The notes below the pieces were generated by a model, which made no database searches, had not been told where the DNA came from, and saw nothing but the letters and a program-made list of their open reading frames with translations. Shown one piece after another: positions 50,787 to 60,187 of a stretch of 64,000 bases of DNA. The position numbers and the translations under genes are program-made. The DNA lies in assembly GCA_051003195.1 (NCBI GenBank), contig JBPCLP010000045.1, forward strand, positions 32,001 through 96,000, written 5' to 3'. The stretch's first letter is position 1. Each line of letters opens with the position of its first letter. The stretch is from Candidatus Sumerlaeaceae bacterium (lineage in GTDB: Bacteria > Sumerlaeota > Sumerlaeia > Sumerlaeales > Sumerlaeaceae).

Positions 50787-51074
50787 CTATGGCTCGCTTG
50801 GGCTAGAATGTTGCAACAGTCGTTCTTTAAAAGTCTGTTTGTACCAGTTCCATGTTTCATAGACTTTCTCTTGGAATAGAAAGGAATGCTCATTTAGGAT
50901 CCAGCCTCCCCTCCTAGCGTCAAAAGCTGCTCCATTTGGTACAAGACTTACGGCAGTATTTCCGGTCCTAGATGTAAGATCGCGTGCACCGAACGCTCGA
51001 TTTAAAACAGGTATTTCGACGCCTGGCCTATCTACGAGTTGCCTCTCCAATAAGCCCAGCCATTTGCTAAAATA
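50787..51074 (-). pseudogene. C-terminal gene fragment without a convincing start
   Basis: Frame open from a TAG at 51075-51077 to the stop at 50787, ending 6 nt before the next gene; no good RBS or ATG. Confidence 0.45.
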
Positions 51075-51228
51075 CTATTTAGCCTTGCCGCCCATTGAGT
51101 ATAGGTATAGGATGGAGTCACACAATCATGCAGTTTATCATCGTCGTTACATGCATCACAGGTGCAACCCTCGCTGTCTCGGGCCCAAGTAAGTATCTGA
51201 CCACGGCTTACAGAAGTCCCCTGCCCTT

Positions 51229-51249
51229 TGGTAAGGAACTACTGATTCG
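51229..51249 (+). repeat. 21-bp direct repeat, copy 2
   Basis: TGGTAAGGAACTACTGATTCG, 5 nt from the PPIase stop codon. Confidence 0.9.
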
Positions 51250-51254
51250 GCACA

Positions 51255-53465
51255 CTAGAATAGCAGCTTAAACCCCGCTTCGTCCAACTGCTGTTGTTTA
51301 ACTTCTTCTGTTCGTTTTTTCGGCACTTCGCGCACGTAGTCGTTTCGCAGCCTGCCAAGCACCTCCTCGAACGGCGGTGTAACTGGCGGGGTGCGCTCGT
51401 CCAGCCTCACGATCATGACCTCATTACCGTACAGAAATGGCTCACTTACCGCACCCGGTTGCATTTGCTGCAGTTGGTTACGGAATGCTTCGCCTCGGAA
51501 TGTTTCCGGTACACGTCCAATCAGGCCACCACGCGAGCGTGACGAAATCGCCTCGCTTTCGCGGCGCGCGATTTGTTCGAAGTCTGCAAGTGAACTCACT
51601 TTGCTGCGAATCGCACTGAGTGCCTTCCTGGCTTCTTCGATAGCCGCGACCTTGCGGTCCGGTGGCAGTCCGAGATTCACCCGCTTGGAGATCTCGCGAA
51701 CCACCACCTGGGAAGGGCTGGTGTACTTGTCGAGATGGGATTCATAATAGGTGCGCAATTGCGCATCAGAAATCGTTGCGAACTCTTTCTGTAGCTTTGT
51801 CCGAAGGTATTCGGAGGAAATCTCCAGGATCTCCTTACTGTGCATCTCCTGCTCAAAAATGGCGGTTTTATCCAGCCCAAGATTTTCTGAGGCCCGCATA
51901 ACCAGATAGGAACCGACGGCTGGAGAATTACGCGCGGCCTCTATTTTTTCCTCGGCAGTCGACGCCTGCCAGGACTTCCCCGTCGGCAGAAGGTCATTCA
52001 GAAACTCATCCAGTGTATAAGTAAACCCCGGGGCAGTCACGATAGGAGTGCTTCCCGTCATCGGATCCGGGCCGGCGTAATCTTTCCGACGCAGTGCTTC
52101 TTCGTTAATATCCAGCTTCAGTTGCTTCGCCAACCTGGTCAGCACCTCGCGACGGGCATTCTCGACGGTGGTTTTTACCGCCTCGGTATCAGAGGTAACC
52201 TGGGAAATAAGCTGGTCCCGCACATCCTGAAACGAAAGAACACGTGTAGAGATGCGGTCCTGAATGTATAAAACGTCGAGGCCATACGGAGTGCGAACTA
52301 CCTCTGTTACCGACGTGCCTTTGGCCTTGCCCACAGCTTCCTTCAGCTGCGGGCTCGCGTTACTGTTTTCGATTACAAACGGCTGTGGCGGCGGCGCCAG
52401 CTTACCCGGTTCCGAGTAGGTCGCCAGGATCTCGTCTACATTAGCGCCCTCCATCAGCTTACGTCGAAGGTTCTGGGCGAGCCGCGTTTTGGAAGTGATC
52501 GTTTCTTCCGTCACCGGTACCAGGAGTACCTCGCCCTCGTGCAGCTCGACAGTAGGCACTTCGCTCGAAAATTCAGGGGCCACCCTCCGGTGATAAAACG
52601 GCAGCGTTCCGCGCAGAATTCGAGTAGCTGCCTCAGTCGTTCCGCTGATGTTGTAGGCAATTGAATCCAGCGTATCACCCGCGCGGGCGGTATACTGCTC
52701 ATAGGTACTCAGATGCAGGTTCTTAACAGCGGTCTGTGCCGGCGTGACGTATAGCTCTTTATGGCTTTCGTAATATTCCCTGGCGCTTTTCTCGTCCAGC
52801 TGTCGCAACTGGGGCTCGACCTCTCGCTGGTAATACAACCGGGCAAGGATCTGCTGACGATACTTGTGCAGAGTCTCAGATATATGGGGGGGCTTTTCGG
52901 TTAAACCTTCTGATTTTGCTTTTTGATAGAGGATCAGCTCATAGGCCATGTCGCGAACCAGTTCGCGTTGCTTGGTTACTGGCAGGTTGAAGATCTGCTC
53001 GAATGTAATGTCGCCAAGCGTACGTGGCCGGCGCATCCGAAGACTCGTACTAAGCTCCGTATTCGTGAACTGCCCGCCATTCCATGTTGCGATCACCTGC
53101 GTCTCGGTACTTTGCAATATGGCAGCAGGGGCATTCCGCATGGAGCGCGGAGCGGTCGTAAGCTGAAGCACGGATCTCCTGGTGGCTGACGTAATATCTG
53201 CTGAGCGCTGTTGCCAGGCTCCTGGCGAACGCGAGGCGGTGGTGGCTGCGTCCGTGGCCTGGACGTCGACCGAAACCAACGTACCGGTGGAATCCTGTGA
53301 GTACGACCTCGCAACCGAAAGCAAAGTCAGCATTATGGCAGCGGCACTAGTCGTCACCCTGGGCAATTGAAATCCTCCTGTTTTCGCAATCCCACGTCGG
53401 GACCCGGAACCAGACGCGCCAGCCGAATTACACACCCGTTTTGCCTTTGTTCCCCGTGTGCTCAA
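51255..53465 (-). CDS. Exported parvulin-type peptidyl-prolyl isomerase (PrsA/SurA/PpiD-like) with a LysM-like insert
   Basis: FEQIARRESEAISSRSRGGLIG, MQPGAVSEP, PFEEV; a second degenerate rotamase domain (VTEVVRTPYG); YTARAGDTLDSIA. Confidence 0.85.
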   Translation of the reverse strand: MSTRGTKAKRVCNSAGASGSGSRRGIAKTGGFQLPRVTTSAAAIMLTLLSVARSYSQDSTGTLVSVDVQATDAATTASRSPGAWQQRSADITSATRRSVLQLTTAPRSMRNAPAAILQSTETQVIATWNGGQFTNTELSTSLRMRRPRTLGDITFEQIFNLPVTKQRELVRDMAYELILYQKAKSEGLTEKPPHISETLHKYRQQILARLYYQREVEPQLRQLDEKSAREYYESHKELYVTPAQTAVKNLHLSTYEQYTARAGDTLDSIAYNISGTTEAATRILRGTLPFYHRRVAPEFSSEVPTVELHEGEVLLVPVTEETITSKTRLAQNLRRKLMEGANVDEILATYSEPGKLAPPPQPFVIENSNASPQLKEAVGKAKGTSVTEVVRTPYGLDVLYIQDRISTRVLSFQDVRDQLISQVTSDTEAVKTTVENARREVLTRLAKQLKLDINEEALRRKDYAGPDPMTGSTPIVTAPGFTYTLDEFLNDLLPTGKSWQASTAEEKIEAARNSPAVGSYLVMRASENLGLDKTAIFEQEMHSKEILEISSEYLRTKLQKEFATISDAQLRTYYESHLDKYTSPSQVVVREISKRVNLGLPPDRKVAAIEEARKALSAIRSKVSSLADFEQIARRESEAISSRSRGGLIGRVPETFRGEAFRNQLQQMQPGAVSEPFLYGNEVMIVRLDERTPPVTPPFEEVLGRLRNDYVREVPKKRTEEVKQQQLDEAGFKLLF

Positions 53466-55306
53466 TGTGCGCTCGATGTTGTATTGCTGTCGAGTGGCAA
53501 CGACTGCGACGTGACTACGGAGGATGCTCGGATCGTATCGCCTTCGGCTGTGACGCTGCTAGTGGCATCTGATGTCATTAGAGCCGGTGAAACATCCGTA
53601 GCGCTGCTTATATCGCTACTTGCCTGTGTTGAGGAGCTCTCGATCCCTGCGGCTGAGACTGGCCCCGTCCGCAAGTGCGCTGTGCCGGATGACGCAGGTG
53701 ACCCAGCGACATTATCAATAGCCGTTTCGCCTTCAAGCGCAGCGGTCGTAGCCATCGATTGCAGATACGTCCCACTGACGTCCAGGTATCCTTCTGGAGC
53801 AGGCGGAATATACCGGCTGGCAATATCGTTAGCTGCTGATAGTGGCAGAGGCTGCATCTGCATGGAATAATCCCATTTATCGAAATAGAGGTTCATTCCA
53901 TCCGACTCCACTTCACCGCGTTGGAAATCGACCGTCTCACTTCGAAAATCCTGTTTTACTGGAAACAACGGCGCACCAAAATCACTGTTCACGGTCAGAC
54001 GCAGGCTGTCCATATTGCCAAACAGCCAATCGGCAAGTTCCTTACACTGCGTCGTGTTCAATTCGCCATCCACGTGCTTAAGGATATTTACCGCCATATC
54101 GGGATCCGCAGGCAGCCAGCCGAATGGCTCCACGTAAAACTCGCACCAGTCGTGCATGTTGTTGCCGTTTTTGTTGAAGCATTCCCAGCCGGTCGTCCAC
54201 CGGGCCGGAATACCATTCATTCGGCAAAGAGCGATGAAGAGCATACCGTGCTGGCCACAGTCGCCGGCACGGCGCGTGGCCGTATACAACGCGATATTAT
54301 CGAGCGTCGAGTACTCGCGAGCAAACTGGTAGATCGTATTGGCACCGATCCAATCGTAAATGCGCCGCGCTGCGAGGTATGGATTTGATTCTCCGGCTAC
54401 AATTTCTGTGCTGAGCTTTTTGAGTTCTTCATTGCTGAAGTTGATGTGCGGCTTGTGCTCCGCGGTGTAGTAGCCATAATCCGGCGCGTCTTTACGGTAA
54501 GGCTCCACCGCAGAGGGATCGACGTCATTCGCACGCGACCAGCTTCGGTAAACGAAACTGATGGAAAACGTTGTGGGCTGGTCCTTCACCGCCTGCGCCT
54601 GCAGATATACGGTGCGGTGAGGGGCCTCTGGAGAAGCAATGTTATACCGGGTTGGCGAAGTAGCATAAAGATAGATATCGCTGTGGTATGGAAATGCGCG
54701 TGCGAATGGCATCCAGCAACGGATGAGCTTTCCCTCCGCGACTGCATTGTGCTCCACAACAAGCGTGTAGGTTACACCTATATCCCGCGGCAAGAGCAAC
54801 GAACTGCTGGTAAGAGCCTGGCTCGCCCGGACGTGGAGCATTTCGTTATACAATCGGCGATACATCGTATCCGGATTGCGGCTTTTCAGCCGCTCCCGAA
54901 GTGCTGGAACACGGAGCAACAGGTTAGACGCACTCGAATTAACGTACCTTTTTTGCCCGTCGATCAATTGAACATCGAACAGCCCTTCGCGCTCGAAGCG
55001 TTCGAACTCCTCCTCCGAGCAGGAAGTAATCTTGCGCCGCAGCTGCTGCAGAAGCTTTTCACGCGTAAGTTTGTAGTCGAGCCGGATGCGCCGAATGCGT
55101 TCGATTTCAAACTCTACGACACGACGATCGTCTTGCTCGATTGTTGGTGTCGTTTGCTCCAGGATGACTTGAAGAGCCCGGCTCGCCTTTTCAAACTCAC
55201 CCAGCTCTCGCAGCGCAATCGCCTCGTTAAGAGACTTTTCGTCCAAAGCGTGAGCGTTTGTAAGTACAGCTAGCAGCCATATTGCCAGGCAAAGTCGGGC
55301 GATCAA
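53462..55306 (-). CDS. Exported transglutaminase-like domain protein with an S/T-rich tail
   Basis: Signal peptide ending AHA; GDCGQHGMLFIALCRMNGIPAR (C), HDWCEFY (H), WLPADP (D). Confidence 0.9.
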   Translation of the reverse strand: MIARLCLAIWLLAVLTNAHALDEKSLNEAIALRELGEFEKASRALQVILEQTTPTIEQDDRRVVEFEIERIRRIRLDYKLTREKLLQQLRRKITSCSEEEFERFEREGLFDVQLIDGQKRYVNSSASNLLLRVPALRERLKSRNPDTMYRRLYNEMLHVRASQALTSSSLLLPRDIGVTYTLVVEHNAVAEGKLIRCWMPFARAFPYHSDIYLYATSPTRYNIASPEAPHRTVYLQAQAVKDQPTTFSISFVYRSWSRANDVDPSAVEPYRKDAPDYGYYTAEHKPHINFSNEELKKLSTEIVAGESNPYLAARRIYDWIGANTIYQFAREYSTLDNIALYTATRRAGDCGQHGMLFIALCRMNGIPARWTTGWECFNKNGNNMHDWCEFYVEPFGWLPADPDMAVNILKHVDGELNTTQCKELADWLFGNMDSLRLTVNSDFGAPLFPVKQDFRSETVDFQRGEVESDGMNLYFDKWDYSMQMQPLPLSAANDIASRYIPPAPEGYLDVSGTYLQSMATTAALEGETAIDNVAGSPASSGTAHLRTGPVSAAGIESSSTQASSDISSATDVSPALMTSDATSSVTAEGDTIRASSVVTSQSLPLDSNTTSSAH

Positions 55307-55768
55307 GGTGTCCTCGGTGATGAGCTGCTTGTGCAGCTGCAGTTAAGTGTGCTGTCCATCCCCGGTAGCACTGGATTGCCTGTCAATGGTTTGCCGACAA
55401 CTTGGGATGGCGAAATGCCGCATAGATCCGGCTGACATCCAGACGGTTAAGTTTATGAGTTCGAATACTTGGACGAGCGTGGCAGGGACGGTCCCTGCCC
55501 CTTCCGCCAGGCAATGGCACGACGGTTGCATTAACGTTCGGCTATAATTTGCCACTTCAACTCAATGGAGTAAGAAAATGAGATGCTGTGTCGCGCAAAC
55601 GCCCAAACCGCTCGAATTCAGACTGGTATCAGTCACACACGTAAATTCAGAAAAGGTCATACCGGTGCGGACATCGCCACAGTGGTTCGCAACAGATACG
55701 TTTAATGGGACGTTCATACTTCCGCTGGCACCTCAAGACGCCCGGTCAGGCAATTAGACCAGCCCACC

Positions 55769-58453
55769 TTACTCAACCACAAGCTCAAGCGCATCACGCA
55801 GCTTTTTGACCCGGTTGCCATCCAGCTTTGTAAACTCCAGGTCCGTGATATAGAAGACGTCAACCACGCGGTAGGCTTCCGTGGTAATCATCGCCAGGTG
55901 AATGTAGTAACCCTGCTCAGAACAGATCGATGTCACGTCATATAAAAGCCCCGGCCTGTCATACGCCTTTACTTCAAGAATCGTATAGTTGGGCGATCCA
56001 TCATTATCCAAAATGATTTGAACGGGTTTCAACACAGCAAGATCCTCGCGGAGTGCATGTCGCTTTTTCCGCAAAGGGAACGCCTCGGAAAATTCTTTCC
56101 GCTTCAAGATTACCTGGTTCAAATCTGTGCGCAATCGATCCATTCGGAACCCGTGCGGTAGCTTGTTTCCACGGAGATCCGTGACCTGGAACACATCGAT
56201 TGCATAACCGTCCTTGGTTGAAAAAGCCTGCAGGCTCAGGATATTAATATCCTTTGAAGACAGCGCCCCGCAAACCCAGCTCAACAGTCCCTTAACGTCC
56301 TGGGCTACCACGGTAATCTCAGTAAAATTAATATGCTCAGGTTCGTTTACCTGCCACGCGATACGCTCAGACTCGTCAAGGCCCTGCAGCATGGTGTAAT
56401 GTCGTGCCATTCGAGCCGGTGGAATGGAGGTGAGATATTTTGTAGGGGCGTTGGCTAAAAAGCGATCGACCGACTCAGGAGCCTTTGTTTCACCCAGCGC
56501 CATAAGCAGCTTTTGACGGATTCGCTCCAGCGCGGCATCATCCATCGGAGCAAGCGGGTTTTTGCCTTCCAGCATCAGCATCGTTTTGCGGAAGAGGTCG
56601 TATAACAACGAGCCTTTCCAGTCGGTCCAGGCATTCGGGCCGACCCCTCGTGTGTCGCAGTACGTCAGAACATACAGCATCTTAAGAAGCTCGAGATCTG
56701 GGGTTGTGCCGGCCATTTCCGCAATTACATGCGGATCTTCCAGGTCGCGCCGCTGCGAGATGTGAACCATCTTCAGGTGATACAGAATCAGCAGTCTTAC
56801 CGTCTCCTGGTCGGAAGCCGGCAAACCCATCCGCTGTGTCATGTTTTGGGAGATGATTGCGCCGCGGAGCACATGCCCATGACCTTCACCCTTGCCAATA
56901 TCGTGAAGCAGCAGGGACAGGTTCAGCAGGTCCCAGCGGCGTATGGATCGCGCAACCTCCGTAAGTTCGTAACGAGCGTCCTCCGGCGCACTAGTTACTT
57001 CTTCTGATATCTCAAGGGTCTTAATCAGGTGCTCGTCGACAGTGTAGCGGTGATAATGATCAATGCGCACAAGGCAAAATAGCCGCTTAAATTCCGGCAT
57101 ATAGTCCGCCAGCACGCCGGTGTCGTGCATCACATGAACGGTTTGCGCAGCGCAACGTCTTTGAGCCATAATTTGCATGAAGTCTTCCCGGCAGCGCGCG
57201 GAACGGCGAAACGCTTCGGTGTTGCATGACGGTCGTGCTTCTTCAATGCTTCCTTTTAACTCATCACTTATCGCCAGTTGCCGCGCAGCTGAGATGCGAA
57301 AGCACTCCATTACCAGTTCGGGCTGCGATTTGAACTCCTCAGCAAGCGGCTCCTTCTGGTATAGTTCGCCTCCTTTTGCAAAATAGCGCTTGTCGATCGA
57401 GCGCCTCCGAACCGCGGTAAACATCCCGCCTACCCCGCGACCCCGGATGGTCAGAGCTCGCGTCGCTTTCTGGGAATACCGATCGATATTCCGCGCGTGC
57501 AGGTAATAGTCCTTCATCATCTTCTCTTCCGCAAGCAGCTGGGCGTCGGATTCATAGCGGAGTTGCTGTGCCACCAGCGGTTGTTTATCAAAAGACAGGG
57601 CGTCCACCTTGCGCCCCTCGGCGTGGTGTAGGCACGTGCGCACATTCAGCAGGAAATCTACTGCTTCCACAATCGCCTGCAGTTCGGTCTCGGAAACAAC
57701 ATGACGATTGAAAAGCGTTTCGAGACTATCGTCTCCCAGCAGGACGTAGGCGAGCCATTGCAGCGAATGCACGTCGCGGAGACCGCCCTCTCCTTCTTTA
57801 ACGTTCGGCTCGAGCAGGTAGATCGAACTGCCGAATTTCTCCCGCCGGTTTTTCGTTTCTGCCAGTTTGGCTTCGATGAACCACCGCCGTGAGCTTCCGC
57901 GAACTACCGAGGCGACCCGCCGTGAAAGCTCATTCACCGTGTCTTCATTGCCTGCGATCAGCCGCAGGTTCAGCAATGCCGTGGTAGAGTCCAGGTCCTG
58001 TCCGATCGTTTCAACCGCTTCGGATATTTTCTTTGTGGCATGTCCCAGCTCCACCTTGCTCAAGTCCCACAGCATGTAGAGGTAGCTTTTTACAAATGCC
58101 TGCTCAGCCGGCTTCGGATGGTCGGGAAGTATGAGCAGCAGGTCGATGTCGGAATGGGGATTCAACTGCGCGCGGCCGTAGCCGCCCTGCGCTACCAGGC
58201 TCAGGCGCTCGTACTCGGCAGGCGTAAGCCGCGATTCAGCCACAAGCCACTGGTAAATACTCTGGAGAATAGCGTCGACCTTATCAGAAAGCAGCCGAGC
58301 CGATGCGCTGCCGGGCACTTCACGCACATGCACCAATTGATGCTGTCGTGCGGCATGAAGGCGCTGATTGCATTCGGCTAAAAAGGCCCGGCGCCGCTCC
58401 GCATTCAGGTCCAGCTGAAACTGGCCCGCAACTCTCTCCAAAGGTAATGCCAT
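55769..58453 (-). CDS. glnD: PII uridylyltransferase/uridylyl-removing enzyme
   Basis: GGYGRAQLNPHSDIDL, LEPNVKEGEGGLRD, YHRYTVDEH, LLHDIGKG, two ACT domains (DRPGLL). Start placed at ATG 58453. Confidence 0.96.
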   Translation of the reverse strand: MALPLERVAGQFQLDLNAERRRAFLAECNQRLHAARQHQLVHVREVPGSASARLLSDKVDAILQSIYQWLVAESRLTPAEYERLSLVAQGGYGRAQLNPHSDIDLLLILPDHPKPAEQAFVKSYLYMLWDLSKVELGHATKKISEAVETIGQDLDSTTALLNLRLIAGNEDTVNELSRRVASVVRGSSRRWFIEAKLAETKNRREKFGSSIYLLEPNVKEGEGGLRDVHSLQWLAYVLLGDDSLETLFNRHVVSETELQAIVEAVDFLLNVRTCLHHAEGRKVDALSFDKQPLVAQQLRYESDAQLLAEEKMMKDYYLHARNIDRYSQKATRALTIRGRGVGGMFTAVRRRSIDKRYFAKGGELYQKEPLAEEFKSQPELVMECFRISAARQLAISDELKGSIEEARPSCNTEAFRRSARCREDFMQIMAQRRCAAQTVHVMHDTGVLADYMPEFKRLFCLVRIDHYHRYTVDEHLIKTLEISEEVTSAPEDARYELTEVARSIRRWDLLNLSLLLHDIGKGEGHGHVLRGAIISQNMTQRMGLPASDQETVRLLILYHLKMVHISQRRDLEDPHVIAEMAGTTPDLELLKMLYVLTYCDTRGVGPNAWTDWKGSLLYDLFRKTMLMLEGKNPLAPMDDAALERIRQKLLMALGETKAPESVDRFLANAPTKYLTSIPPARMARHYTMLQGLDESERIAWQVNEPEHINFTEITVVAQDVKGLLSWVCGALSSKDINILSLQAFSTKDGYAIDVFQVTDLRGNKLPHGFRMDRLRTDLNQVILKRKEFSEAFPLRKKRHALREDLAVLKPVQIILDNDGSPNYTILEVKAYDRPGLLYDVTSICSEQGYYIHLAMITTEAYRVVDVFYITDLEFTKLDGNRVKKLRDALELVVE

Positions 58454-58655
58454 TATCTTAAGCTCGTGCGGCGATGAACCTGTGACTGCAAGGCAATCCC
58501 ACTCCTGGCTGGTTCTCAGAAATTTTCGTTTGTTCGTTAAGCAGAGCTGGACTTGCACCGAAAGTTGCTCACTACGTTGTGCAGATGCTTGAATCATGTA
58601 GTGCTAAAGGCAGTAGCATTCTTCCAATGGTTAACCCATCACGAGGGAGTCGGAT

Positions 58656-59036
58656 TTGAAGACCGTTCTACTGGTCGAAGACAACGAGCTAAACCGCGAT
58701 ATGCTTTCACGCCGGCTGGAGCGGAAGGGCTTCGAAATTATGATTGCCACCGATGGAAAGCAAGGTGTGCAGCTCGCCCAGTCAGCTTTACCCGACCTGG
58801 TCCTTATGGACATGAGTTTACCGGTGATGGACGGATGGGAGGCGACCCGCCTGCTTAAACAGAATCCTCTAACCAGGGCGATCCCGATCATTGGGCTTTC
58901 GGCTCATGCTATGGCCGGCGACCGCGAAAAAGCATTGAAGGCCGGCTGTGACGACTATGAAACCAAACCTGTTGATTTGAACCGCCTCGTCGCAAAAATT
59001 GAGGGCCTGACCACCGCAGCCGGTGAAGCGAGATGA
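58656..59036 (+). CDS. Single-domain response regulator (DivK/CheY-like)
   Basis: LLVEDN, LMDMSLPVMDG, TKP. Confidence 0.93.
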   Translation: MKTVLLVEDNELNRDMLSRRLERKGFEIMIATDGKQGVQLAQSALPDLVLMDMSLPVMDGWEATRLLKQNPLTRAIPIIGLSAHAMAGDREKALKAGCDDYETKPVDLNRLVAKIEGLTTAAGEAR

Positions 59037-60187
59037 GTCTTTCGCAAACCGTCGGCGAATTGCTGGTGGTGGACGACAACAAGCTCAATCGCGAGATGTT
59101 GAGCCGCAGGCTGATCCGCAAAGGTTACAACGTCACCGAAGCCGAAAACGGCAACGAAGCTCTCCAATTGATTAACGACCACTCCTTCGATCTGGCTCTG
59201 CTCGACATTATGATGCCGGGAATCAGCGGAATCGAAGCGCTTGAAGTTATCCGCCGCCGGCATTCCGCGGCTGAGCTGCCTGTTATCATGGCGACCGCTA
59301 AAACCCAGAGTGAAGATGTGGTGGAAGCACTCAGGCTCGGCGCGAATGATTACATTACAAAACCGATAGATTTCCCCGTACTACTGGCGCGCGTACAGAC
59401 TCATCTTAATCTCAAGCGTCTGTTTAAGCTCAAGGATGAGTTCCTGAGCATTGCGAGCCACGACCTCAAAAACCCGCTTTTTGTCATCGTGTGCCAGGCC
59501 TACCTCATTCAGAACAAGGTGCCACCGGGTACGCCCATGACTGAAGAGGCGTTCGATATGATCAATAAGATCTCTCAGCACGCGCGTACGATGCAGCAGA
59601 TTATCGCCGACTTCCTGGATTTCCAGTCCGTGGAAGAGGGTCACATCAAACTCGCGACGACTGACCTGGATCTAAATGAGTTGGGAGCGCGGGTGGTGGA
59701 CACTCAGCAAAGCTACGCCGCGGAGAAAGAAATCGAGCTGACTTTTCATCCAGACGGAAACCTGCCGTCCGTTGCAGCGGATTCCAACCGCATCGAGCAG
59801 GTCGTGCAGAACCTGGTCGGCAATGCGCTGAAGTTTAATCCACGTGGCGGCCAGGTGCAAGTTAGAACTCGCGCGCTGGAGAATGCCGCATCCCTGGAAG
59901 TGGCCGACCGTGGTCCGGGCCTCAGCAATGATGACCTTCAGCGCGTCTTTAACAAATATGGCAAGTTAAGCCGCACTCCCACGGGAGGCGAAAAGAGCTC
60001 CGGACTTGGGTTGGCAATCTGCAAAAAAATGATCGACCTCCATGGCGGGGAGATCGGTGTGCGCAATAATCCCGAGGGTGGTGCCACGTTCTGGTTCAGC
60101 GTGCCAGTTCTCAGCAGCCTGGAAAATGATCAGCGGCCTATTTCGGAGGAATACGGAACGGCCTCGAGACTTAATGCGGAATATTAA
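59033..60187 (+). CDS. Hybrid receiver-histidine kinase without a sensor domain
   Basis: Receiver (VVDD, LLDIMMPG, ITKP) + SHDLKNPL + NLVGNALKF, DRGPG, GLGLAIC. ATGA overlap with the upstream regulator. Confidence 0.93.
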   Translation: MSLSQTVGELLVVDDNKLNREMLSRRLIRKGYNVTEAENGNEALQLINDHSFDLALLDIMMPGISGIEALEVIRRRHSAAELPVIMATAKTQSEDVVEALRLGANDYITKPIDFPVLLARVQTHLNLKRLFKLKDEFLSIASHDLKNPLFVIVCQAYLIQNKVPPGTPMTEEAFDMINKISQHARTMQQIIADFLDFQSVEEGHIKLATTDLDLNELGARVVDTQQSYAAEKEIELTFHPDGNLPSVAADSNRIEQVVQNLVGNALKFNPRGGQVQVRTRALENAASLEVADRGPGLSNDDLQRVFNKYGKLSRTPTGGEKSSGLGLAICKKMIDLHGGEIGVRNNPEGGATFWFSVPVLSSLENDQRPISEEYGTASRLNAEY

